Shown: positions 52,564 through 64,000 of the stretch, one piece after another
Numbering within the stretch: the stretch's first letter is position 1
Layout: every line of letters starts with the position of its first letter
NCBI GenBank assembly: GCA_028534125.1
Contig: CM052816.1
Location: 85,500,001 to 85,564,000 of the forward strand
Length of the DNA: 64,000 nucleotides
Direction: 5' to 3'
DNA from: Lama glama
Taxonomy: Eukaryota
Translations under genes and position numbers: made by a program
Notes under the pieces: model-generated
What the model was told of the DNA's origin: nothing
The model's database searches: none
The model's input: only the letters and a program-made list of their open reading frames with translations

Positions 52564-55229
52564 AACAGTAATGATACATGAATTGGATAGGCGTTTGGAT
52601 TAAATATTCCTTTAAAATTCTCACCATCTTGTAAATTAGATGATTCTGAGTTTAAAGCACCAATGATTATCGTAAAACTCTTAGTATCTAGAATCCAAAA
52701 ACAATTGCCTTATTTGCAATTTCAGTTTAAAACATGAATATGGTCTCCTTCTTGAAAGAAGAAATTTGTCAACGATTTTTTTTCTCATGTGTCTATAAGT
52801 CAGTAACACAGTAGGTTTCCTTTAAATAGTTTGTAATAAATGATTGAAGACTACAAATTGATACAGCATTTTTTTACATCATTAATTATTTTACTGGAGT
52901 AGATTATTATACATTTCTGTAAGATAAAACACCTAAGTTTATTCCTTTTCCCTTAAGTTTTTTATTCTCAACTTTCTCCAGTATATATAGGGGAAATTAA
53001 CTTTTGAAACCATTCAAAGCATCTGCTACAGACATGAGTGAAAAGGCAAATGAGTCTCCACAGGCCACTCTCTCTGCTAAGTGAATGTCATAAAGAAGTC
53101 ATATCGATTATTAAAATATAAAATAATTCTGTCATTCCTGAAATAAAACTTACATCCATAGATCTAAGAAATACTTAAGAGTTGAGTATTTTACATAATT
53201 AATTCAAATTTGGGGATTTTATATTTCAGAATATCTTTATGATTGCTGATTCACAATTTCAATTAAATAGATGATAATGATAATCAATGTAATGATTCCA
53301 TTTAAAAATCCTAGAAAAATTGTAGGTTCCTCGTTATAATATTTAATCTAGCTAGATTTCAAAGAAGACAACTATATTGCAATGATTCTGAAGCTCCACG
53401 TTTTTCCAGCTGTGTTGTCAAGATATGACATTAATACAATTGAGCTGTGGAGCACAGTTTCAGCTTCTACAGCACAACACAAGTATTGATTGCCCATTTC
53501 TTAGATCATTAAACAAAGTACACAAACATTTTGAATATATTTCCTCTTACATATTTTGCCACATAAAGGGACAAGCAAATTAATTAATCAAGATTTCCAT
53601 GTTAGTCATTCTCAAGCTTCTTTGAGAATGCCAGATGAATAGGCGGCCAATGAATAACACTTTTCAAAAAGTTTTATCTTTGAACTTGGTAGGATGAGGA
53701 CTGTGGCAAAAGAACATTATTTTACTAGAACTAGAACCAGATAGGGTTGATTTACTGAACTGTACAGCTAGTGCTGGTCACACACAGTAAACAAAGTGGA
53801 AAGCAATGTTTTTATTTTATTTTATTTTATGTTGCTCTCAAAGTTCAATACATTTGCCTTTAAAAATAAATTGGTCACTTTTTAATCTTGTTTATTCATC
53901 TTTGGTTCTTGATTAATACAACACATACTTATTACAAATAAAAGAAATACATTCAGTTTAAATGGTCTTTCAGTGAGTTTCATATGAGGCAAATATATGT
54001 ATTTTAGTGTATTTTATATTTTCAGATACTGTTCCATTTTAAAGTAATGCTTTAAAATTATATTAATAAAAACTGATATGGGATCAGATATTAAACAATT
54101 TTTAATGTGTGATATTATAATCAATAAAATACTGAGAAAAAATCTTAGTAACTGGAAATCACTAAAAGTTGAAAAAGATCTTCTTGCTTCTCAGTAGCCT
54201 ATCATAACTGTATTTATTAACCAAAATTTAAAAAGTGGGATTATTTTAATACTTACTTAAAACATAGATTTTACTATGTTGAAGTTTCAAGCGTCTGCAT
54301 TTTTTGTCTCTTGTGAGAGAAAACCTTGAGCAATAACCAAATAAACATATCACTCAGAGCAATATTTTGAAGCCAATAATGCAAATTATGACTGAATATG
54401 ACCAAACTGTTTTTGCAACTCAAAAGAGAAAACTCTTGGCTAGAAGCAATGCAATGAAAACTATAATCAAAAACCAAATTAATTAACTGCTTGGAGCTTC
54501 ATTTTAGGAAAGTTTGAAAATTGCCTTGATAAGTGGATTTTATGAAATAGATAAAAACATGGCAAAGACCTGCAGGTAGTTGTCTGCCATGAGTCAAAGA
54601 GGGCAGTTAGACTCCAGAAAACATCGCCTTAGGATACTACTTCGAAATGTACAAAAGAGTACATTTAAAAGTGCTCAAAACGTGCCTGAAAAAAAATAAG
54701 AAGTCTACGATTAGGCTAGTCATTACAATTAGGTAAAACAATCGGCATTATCCACTAAGCCTATTTTTCCACTTCTATTTATTTTATTTGAACTAATGCC
54801 ATATAAAAGTTGATAATTAACAAAGTTCTTGATGAGTAAGAACAAATCTTTGAGCAAAAGAAAAAGAAATTTGTGACTCTGGAGAACACAAATTAATGGG
54901 AAAATATTAATGTTTGTATAGATGTCAATTCAGTGTGCAAAAAGTATTAACTGTGTAATAATTATTAATTATATTCCAGCTCTAGTTCCATTTTATTCTT
55001 TCTTTTCTTTATTATTAATAGTATTAAGGGAGAGAAATGTTAAAGGACCTGTGCCTTCCATGTTCGATTTTATGGTATTTTGAAAAATAAAGTACTTTCA
55101 GGGTACTTTAATTAAAATTTAAATCACTTAAATATTTAAGATAAAATAGTAATATTTAACACTTTGAAAAGAATGGTTAACATATGCCATATACTGAGTC
55201 TGAAGTGATCCAATAACAATTTTAAATAC

Positions 55230-55385
55230 TTTATTTCATTAATATTCAACACAATAAATTATGATTTATTCCAATTTTAGAGGTAGCATAAGTAAGGCTG
55301 AGAGACGGTAAGTAAGCTGACCTAGCGACCCCATAGTAATGTCAAGATTTAATCTCCTCTGCCTGGTAACAAAACAGATCCTTTA
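55230..55385 (-). mobile_element. MIR relic
   Basis: CCAATTTTAGAGG...AAGGCTGAGAGACGGTAAGTAAGCTGACC antisense MIR core. Confidence 0.55.
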
Positions 55386-57194
55386 TTACATCAGACTGAT
55401 GGGTGGTGTGGATGTTACAATTCCAGGTTTACTAAGAAACGCTGTGCTGTTTGTGACTGGTTTTTCATTATTTGGGACAGAACTGTGATGGCTATAAATC
55501 TGTGCTGGGGAAGTTTCTATGAGTTTACAGAAGTACAGATTGCACTAGACAAGTGTGCAATATCCTTGTTAAACATTTGAGGGTAAAATGAGGATAGCAT
55601 GTCCAGAAATATTTGTGTTATCTATACAGAGAAAGAAAATATCTTCAATTCCTTGTACATGTGATTCCTGAGTGACTTCAATTACTTTCCGGTAACTATG
55701 CTAGCAACTACTTTAGCTGGGGCTCTCAGCTAGCAAATTAATTTAGAAAGGTCCTCCTTAGGGTAGATTTTCTGACTCATGCTACAAGCTAAAGAACAAT
55801 AGTAGTTAGGATTGTACTACCTGCCTCTACACAGCTAGGGACAGTATCATGCGGCCCTTTTTTCAAAGGTGATGAAAAGACAATGTATTTGACTGTTTTT
55901 TTAAAGGAATTTCTAAATCAACTTCCTAACTGATGTAGTATTGGAAATCTGAATTTATATATCTAGTATGTGTTTGTGTGTATATATGTGATATATGGAT
56001 AATACATATTTATATGTGTGTAAATAAAAGATTTATGATATATGTCATACGCGGTTGTACATTTTCATTGTCTAGTCTAGAATGCAAGTAGCAAGAGGCT
56101 GTGTCTGGTGAATTTCAAGCAATGCAAACAAATCAAGAGTTTGGTAGGTAGAAGACAAGTGAACATACACTACTTTGCTCTAGGCATTAAGACAACCTCT
56201 GTTCTCAACAGCCTCCATTTGCAAAGCAATTGGTAAGGAATGTATATTGCCAAAGTTAATCTCCTGTTCTCTTAAAAGATAAGTTTATGACAAAGACCTT
56301 TCCATTAAAGATTATAAATAGCCAGTTTTTTTTTTAAGATTTCGATCTTCCATAGGGATTCAATTAGTCATGTAAACCAGATAAATTACTTTGTTTAATT
56401 TTTTTCTATTAGACAGCTGGATTTTGCCTTAAATTGTTAAAATATTAATTTTTAAATGACCACATTAAAAATGATTTCCAAAGGGTTTTTATCGATTGTT
56501 ATCGTGTAAAGGAGTACCTACTAGTAGATTTTATTCACACAGCAGTTGAATGATGGAAAATCACAAGTATTCCTATTGCTTATAATAGAAATACGTATGC
56601 AGATTATGTCAGTCAAATGTTCCTTTTACTTTATCATATTTCACAGAACTTTATATCCAAAGGAGAAAGAGAAATTTGCAAATATTTCTTATTCAATGAA
56701 TAAACATAAGGACAATCCTCACAGCACTTTGGAGATTGTGCTAAGGCATCAGACTGGCAAGAATGTAAAGGCTCCAAATGCTTTTGTTGGTCCATTTGTT
56801 TTGCATCTGCCAGCCTGTGTCTGTTCTAGTTGCCGACACCTGCTTCTGCATTTCATTTTGCAAAAATCCACCTCATTTTTAAATGAGGTGAAAGCAAAAG
56901 TTAAAATTTGAAGTAAATATATTACATAGAAAAAAACCCTCTGGCATTGTGTCAATATCCAAAACTTTTCATTCAAGAGAATCATGTAAAAGCGATATTA
57001 TCTTAAGACTACACCTAAGGAATGATCCCTGACTCCTGAAAAACTGACAATTCATATTATATGAATGGTTAGGAATTTCACTTGCTACCTAGTTAACTGA
57101 CCAAGCATATATAATATGATTATCTTTAGGGTAACAGAGTATTTTGGGGAGGGATGATTTTTTTATGGCTAAAGAAAGACAGTCAGCCATGTCT

Positions 57195-57920
57195 TCACTA
57201 AACAAATTTTTATTTTGGCAGACATTATTCTAGCCACCTGAGTCACAGTAGTAGACAAAGCAGATAGAAGTTTGCCTTCAAGGAACTCACATTACTGGAA
57301 AAAAAAAAAGATAATAAGTCATAATGTGAGTAACCATATGCCCCTTTTTCTTGTGATAGTTTCAGTTTGTGCCTGTTGTCATGACATGTTGTTATTAATA
57401 ACCTCTTCCATTCATCAAATTGTACTATTCAGATAATACATTAAATGGTCATTTGATCAAAATAAATAATAGCTAGGTAAACTGTATAGAAAGTTAGGTG
57501 ATAAGTGCTCTAGAAAAGAAACAGTAAAGTGGAGTGGGAGGTATTGTGCGGGAGATGGTGGAGAGGGGATTTGCTACTACTAAGACTGTCAGCGGTGATC
57601 TCACGGCAGATTGAAATTCAGCGGAGATGGGGTGGGTCCAGTGGCTGCCTACAGTCCAGACAAAGGAAATGTCACTGCAAATATGTTGAAGTAAGCATGT
57701 GCCTTAAGTCTCTGGTATAACTGGAACAGAAAGTAAGGATGTCCGAGAGGAAAAGGTAGTTTAGTCATGTAACTACCTGTGAGGCCATTGTAAGGATTTT
57801 GGATCTTCCTCTGAGGAAAAATCTAGATTGGTTTCAGTAGAGAAACGACAGAAGAATCCCCCTGACGGTTGGTAGAAAAGAGACTGCAGGAGGAAAAAAC
57901 AGAAAAGGGAGTCCTATTTT
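57195..57920 (-). mobile_element. L2 3' region relic
   Basis: TGCCTTCAAGGAACTCACATT, GTGATAAGTGCT, GAGGCCATTGTAAGGATTTTGGATCTTCCTCTGAG. Confidence 0.7.
57327..57455. mobile_element. MER94-like hAT-Blackjack MITE
   Basis: GTAACCATATG...TGCCTGTTGTC...ATTAATA...ATGGTCA; about 130 bp. Confidence 0.65.
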
Positions 57921-59193
57921 GGGGATTTTTTTTCCCACTAGCTAAAGTTTTTAATACAATTAATTGATTTAGTAATAGTGCTAAGCTTGGCATTTTTACA
58001 GTTTTTAAGAAATGCTTCTATATTTTCACCATACAGTACCACGCTTTCCTATCCTTTCTATTTCTATTTTGCTAAGTTTTTTATTTTATTTTATATGGAG
58101 AACATTATCAAATGCTATCTTCTATATCTTTTTATGTGATTAGTTTTTCCCTTTAATATACCAATGCAGTGAATCAAATATGTATGTTTGCATACATGCA
58201 GGTATGTGTATAGTATCCTTTAAATACATTTTTGTACTTATTCCTATTCTTTTTGAGGTTTTTGCATGTATTTGGTGACACATTTTTACTATAATATTCA
58301 TTTCTATTATCATCTTTGTTTTATTTTGATATCATGAGGAAACTAGACACAATTAAATAATAAGTATTTCAATTTTTTGTATTCTCAGAAAGAATGAGCA
58401 TACTGTTGGAATTCACTTACATAATACTATAATTTATCCTTAAAAATGAATTTTCTATTTTGTTGTAGAATATAATTTTTCAGTATTGATTTATTTTTAT
58501 TTTATTTTGAAGTTTTTATATTTATTCATGAGTCTTTGCTCTTAAGTATATTTTTGTATGTTTTTTCTTTAATCTAAATTATTAAATATATTGAATAATT
58601 GGTAAAATGTTGATCACAATTTTTTCTTACCTTTTTTTAAGTCATGCTAATCTTATGGTTATCTTCTCTTTTTCTTCCCTGATATCATTACTTGTGTATT
58701 TTTTCTCCTTTGAGAGAACAGGAAAATACTACAAACATTATTCAGTTCTTTCTTTTAGTCTCTAGATGTTTGACAAAAATAAATGTTTTTATTGGCTCCA
58801 TTTTAATTTTGCATTCTCTTTAATTAATTTCTTCTCTAATTTTAACTATTTACTTTCTTCCTTGTTGGATTATCCATTTCATTTTTTGAGGCACACTTAT
58901 TTATGCCTGAATTTCAGCATTTCTTTTAGTAATTTCTAATTTAATTCATAAGTGGTTTTTGGGTCAGCATTTGTTACATTTTTATAAAGGTAATATTTTA
59001 TTATTATTTACTTCTAAATATATTCCAACTCCTGTTACGATTTCTTCTTTAATTTGAGATATTTAGAAGTAGTCTTTTAAATTTTTATAATTTTATAATA
59101 TTTTTCATTATCATATTAATTTTAACTTAAATATAATGGCCTCTATAATACAAATATTATATTTAAGATAAATATAATATGTACCTTATAACT

Positions 59194-59412
59194 AAGGCTG
59201 GCAAAAAATGCCTCACAGAACAAATCCAACCCCAGCCCTGATTAGTAAAATTTTTATTGGAACCCAGTTATGCCCATGGATCTACATATTTTCCATGGCT
59301 GCTTCCACACTACAACAGTAGAATGGAGTAGTTGCAGTTGAGACTACATGGCATGCAAAGATAAAAATATTCACTCTCTGGAACTTTACAGAAAGGAAAT
59401 TCCTGACTCCTG
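59194..59412. mobile_element. MER58A hAT-Charlie MITE
   Basis: TTTTATTGGAACCCAG...ATGGCTGCTT...CTACAACAGTAGAATGGAGTAGTTGCA...CTTTACAGAAA...CTGACTCCTG. Confidence 0.88.
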
Positions 59413-59484
59413 TTACATAGTGTTTTGAAAGGTGGTAAGAATTGCTTTCTAGAATACTATATAGAATATGTAGCAGTATTTATC

Positions 59485-60330
59485 CCATCCAGTACTTTTG
59501 CTGTAAGTTTCTTTGCTGTAAATATTTTTGCTGCAAGCACTTCCACTGCAAACATTTTGCCATTGAAACATACAATAACTGGTTGATTTTTGGTTTGACA
59601 GTTTGCTTTCAACTGGTTGAAATGCATTAGCATTTCTTCCAGATACAGATGTTACTAATGGGTTTATCAAGCTGGAAGATGAGAATGATTTGCTTCAAGA
59701 GTTGGTTTCTTATTTTGAAACACACCACATTAGAGGAGAAACAGATCAAGGAGAAGAGCTGGATTCACATCTCCCATAGAACTTTGGAATGTCTGTCAAT
59801 GGTCATGATAATATGACAAGAACAGACAACAGTGTAGAGGTTTTTTTCAATGTAACACAAAGCTCAGTTACAAATATGAACTTGAGTATTTGGAAACTGA
59901 TGCCTCTGTTAATGAAGGAAGAAATTCTAGCAAAAAAGAAAAAGTGCAATGCTGAACAAGGAGATGAATCAACAAGCAAACAAAGCAAAACACCAACAAT
60001 CCAAATTTGTAAAATACTGTGAATGAAAGACTTGGAAGACAAGTGCTTAGGTACAACCCACAAAATAAAATCAGTTATTTGCACAGTGTCGCCATGAATC
60101 TATTCACATTTTAAATGTTTTCAAATATTTTGTATTTTGCAATAAAATCTTTAGTTTTGCTAGTCATTTCTCATGTTTCATTATGGCCTTTTTAATGTTC
60201 CTTTTAAATTTTTCATTATTTTATCTTTTGTTACCAAATTGCCTTATGACCAATTAATTAGTCATGGGTCAAAATTGCTTGCATCAAAGATGTCTACTGA
60301 AAAGATGGTCACTATGGAAGTACCAGAACC
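59485..60330 (+). mobile_element. Mutator-like (MULE/MuDR) DNA transposon, internally deleted, with transposase remnant
   Basis: Translates (with frameshifts) to ALAFLPDTDVTNGFIKLEDENDLLQELVSYFETHHIRG...IELWNV...RTDNSVEVFFN...SIWKLMPLLMKEE, matching MULE motifs ALAFLP / YFE.TYI / WN / RTNN.E / IWK; long imperfect TIRs. Confidence 0.8.
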
Positions 60331-63249
60331 TTACTTATATCTTCATGTATGCTTCAAAATGTGTATTTTGTAATTATTATATACTGTCATATATTTGGCC
60401 ACTGAATAAAATTTGTTGTATGTTTTATTTAAATCAACATATTTGCTGATTTTTGTATGTTCTCAGTTAAATGTCAAGTGAATTATGTAAAAACTGAACA
60501 CATTGATGACAGGTATGCATTTTTAATCTTCTTTTCTCAATTATTTTAGTTATATTTTTTAGTTAGTATGTTAGGAACATACGAGTTTAAAATTAAAATT
60601 TCTATCACACTTTCAACAATGTCTCAAAATTTTTTCTTTTAATTTCAGTAGAACTATGTCAGCTTTTTGTTTTTATTACTAGGTTTCATTTTATATATAT
60701 TTATATACATACATATATATACACACACACACACTTTAGCCATTGTTCTTGTAAACAGCATACAGCTGCAACTGTGTTTTAAAGCATTCTAAAAAAATCT
60801 TTTAAATGAAGATTTTGTTCCATTCATACCTAATTTGATTGCTGCTTTATTTATATCTATCTTTAAAGACCACTTATTTTATTCTATTTACTTCGCTGGA
60901 TGTGCCTTAGTGCTTTCCCTCAGAAATGTCATCTCTCTGGTGTCAGTACTAACTCAGGACGAGCTTAAGCCACCTACTTGGATTACAGTTTTTTGGGCCA
61001 GAATAATACAGTGAATTCAGATTCCAACCTCTGTTTTTGCATTTTCTTGAAAATTGTACTAATCTTTCCAAAGAGAACGAAGGTCTGTGATGTAGGTATA
61101 GTCTGGTTCTGTGTAGTAGAGATTCAGATTTGTTCAGTTTTTCTGCATAGTATTCTCTTTCAAGGATTCAGCTTTTACTTAGGAGTTTGTAATTTGACAT
61201 GTTACCATGTGCAGACTCTCGGGTTTGCTTTGTACCCTCTCTATATGTAGATAAAATAAAACCCAAGACATAGCATCTGGTGATTATCAAACGTCCTAAG
61301 GTAGCCACCAACTTCAAAGCTTACTTTCTTCCCTGAACTCATGCTTTATCAGGCTCACACATTTCTGTCACTTTCTTGCCTATTATAAAATGTGCTGGAA
61401 AACAAGTTTTTATATTATTTTTTCCAGAATTTTGGGCTTTCTATACTGTATGGTTTGTTCACATTGCTCAGATTGCCAAATTGCCATAAACAATACATAT
61501 ATCTATACAGTTTTTGCAAACTGAAAATTGCTGACACAAGTTATCTGTTATGCTCTCTTATCTCATTCATTTTTTCAAGTAACTTTTTGTGCTTTTTGTC
61601 CTTCTCTTTTCATTTTAGATAAGGTAAGACATTAACATTTTGGTAATCCTGCTATCTTAAACAGAAGTTCTCATAACATAACTTCCAATCTTCTAACTTG
61701 TGTACAACTTTTGTGTAGCACTCAATATAGGATCAGAAATTTAATTATATGGATGTTTCTGTATAAATTTTCCCTTTGGTGTTTTGGGGCAGAATTGTAC
61801 GCCAATAATTGATTCATAATAAATTATTCTAATTATTGCTCCAAAATACCAGAATGCTTCTACATTATTTAAAATAATTTATTTTTTCAGCTTCCCAGTG
61901 ATTTAACTGAATTATGGTTGATGAAGTCTGTTCCAGGCATTTTCACAAATGTTATAAAGGCACAGTTTACTTTTTGCTTTTGTTGAAGTTTGATAATACA
62001 TTGGTTACCCTGGAGCAGTTTTGTTTCAATATACTACAACTGACAGATACAGGAAATGGAGTTAAGCAAAAGCAAATTTGACCAGTAAAGGTCATAAAAG
62101 AAGATCTCTACCTTGAAAGCTAGAATAATTAGGTAAAAATTAAAAGGCTAGAAATATGTGTCATCCTATAGCTTCAAAATTATACTAAAAGTATCAACTA
62201 GTAATGATACCTCTTTCTAACCCTAAAGCAAAATAGGCAATACTATGTCAATTTTTTAGGTCGGTAAAATAAAAGGCATTAGATTCCTGACAAACTTAAA
62301 AATGGAAAATGGAGAATTATTTTCAGAAAGTAAAGACATAGGTTACTTGTTTTTTTTTTTTTTTTTGCATCTACTTGGCTAATAATATCATTAAAAATAA
62401 GTTAAGCAATGGATTTTTGGAGGCTAGTTTGTGGGAAAAGTTTACTTTTACCCCTAATTTTGAGAAAATAAGCATTATAATAAACCTCTGGTATGAGAAA
62501 AGAAAATACAACTAGGACTGTCAAAATTTGGTAAAACTGTATGAAAACAAAACTTCTAATTTAATACTGGGCAAGAATCAATGGTACTTCTGTTTTAGAT
62601 TCCTGCTGTGTCCTAAACACTGGTTTCAAAAGTATAATTCTCTAACCTAAGGACCCAACTTCCTCTAACCATTTTACTCTTCTCATTCTGCTAAAATGAC
62701 TATTTTTTCTTTTTCAAACCAATGAAGTTAGTAAGAGTTAGTTAATTTTTATTTCAAAAACCTAAAATCACAAGGAAAAAGAACTTCATTAAACTGACTA
62801 ATATTTTCATATTATGCTTGAAATAATGAGAGTAGAAAACTAAGGGGAAAAATCCTGTGTGCCTCTAAAATACATACTACAGTGGAATATATAATATAAT
62901 CTGGATTAAAAGAGAAATAGGGCTAATATTCCTATTACTGTAGCTATATGGCAAGGCTATGGACCATGCCCTATCGTGTATGTGTGTGTGGGCAGAGGAG
63001 CCTACGAATATACCTATCTAGTAGTTGTGAGGACCAGATAAAGTAATGTATATGAAAATTATTTTGTAAACCAGCATATACACATTTTTCAGGTAGACAT
63101 TTGCTACAACAGAAACAATAAAAAGGAATATGCAAGTATTAAATTGCTCAAAGCAAGTCCAAAATCCTGTTTCAATGGTCATTTCTCCAACGTGCTCCTG
63201 AGATTATATGAACTGATGTATCGCCCTTCTCCAGTTATGATTCAGATTT

Positions 63250-63810
63250 CTATCAGCTATGGAGTGCGAGCCAGTGGGAAATATGCTGGATGAATAAGAG
63301 TGAGTAAAAATAAACAAAACTCTGCCCCCTGGAGCTTATACTCCAGTGTCTGGTTAAGACATCAATCAAAACAACACATAAAATCATTTACAATTATAAT
63401 TGTTTATTGTCACAAGCCCTTTCTTTAAAGGGAACATTTGAGGTGAGAATTGAAAATGAATGGGGGTTAAATAAGTGGACATGGTAGGAATAAAAAGACA
63501 TAAGAAGAAGCTCAATGTTGGGAGTGTGTTTGGCAATGACAATGGAACTAAACACGGCATTGGCACCAGTGAATAAGAAGCAAAGGGGCACTCCCTGCAG
63601 ATGATGCGGGGGTGGTGATCAGGGACACAGAACCTTTATCTCAAGCACAATGAGAATCTGATGCATAGTTAAACAGAGTGAAAACATAAATTTTTTTTTT
63701 AATATTGCTCTTCATATTGGAGCTACGTCTGGCCACCATTATTTTGCTGACCTAGAGCAGGGAGGGTGGTGGAAGAAAAAAAATGCATGAATGAACCAGT
63801 TAAGAAATTA
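63250..63810 (-). mobile_element. L2 relic
   Basis: CTCTGCCCCCTGGAGCTTATACTCCAGTG, ACATTTGAGGTGAGAATTGAA, ACCAGTTAAGAAATTAT. Confidence 0.6.
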
Positions 63811-64000
63811 TCTCATCCTCAAAATGCATACGATTTTTCAGTACTTTGATCTAGTACCAAAGGAAGGATAGCAAGGATTGTCTTTTCTATACTTTCTCAT
63901 TCTAATCCAAGCAGGTATGCAGATGATCCTCCATTACCTGGAAAGGAGAGAAGGGCTTCTTCACCTTAGCTGTTCCATGGGGTAAGTGTTTCCCACTATC

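Larger units (their letters stand above)
57950..61420 (-). mobile_element. Ancient decayed L1ME-type element hosting MER58A and MULE insertions
   Basis: Long T-rich tract with antisense L1 motifs (TTATCAAATGCT, TCTTGTAAACAGCATACAGCTG). Confidence 0.55.

Noticed and set aside
56546..56911. 121-aa ORF as a protein-coding gene
   Set aside because: Non-ATG start, no recognisable domain or supported exon structure; length compatible with chance.
59490..59570. CRISPR-like or tandem array (TTTGCTGTAA units)
   Set aside because: Short degenerate subrepeats that form the MULE TIR; no unique spacers and a eukaryotic context.

Overview
AT-rich, repeat-dense mammalian non-coding DNA (intergenic or deep intronic), most likely from a camelid (alpaca/camel), judged from a Vic-1-like tRNA-derived SINE and camelid-type L1 3' UTRs. 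I cannot support any intact protein-coding gene. The recognisable ORFs are decayed L1 ORF2 (9.25-13.5 kb) and a decayed Mutator-like (MULE) transposase (59.6-60.0 kb). The window holds old and young LINE-1s, L2/MIR relics, about 17 LTR pieces (dense cluster at 26-36 kb), several DNA-transposon fossils, microsatellites and two assembly gaps. One gap is flanked by an exact 199-bp duplication that is probably an artefact. I found no convincing new multi-gene system. The best leads are: (i) a ~1.43-kb GC-richer block that starts with an LTR R-U5 segment and splits an old L1 3' end, resembling a retrocopied LTR-initiated transcript; (ii) a MULE element with both TIRs and a transposase remnant; (iii) a tailless tRNA-Tyr 5'-half retrocopy with TSD; (iv) two unexplained CpG-retaining segments. 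Repeat family names are from memory of consensus sequences and need RepeatMasker/Dfam confirmation.
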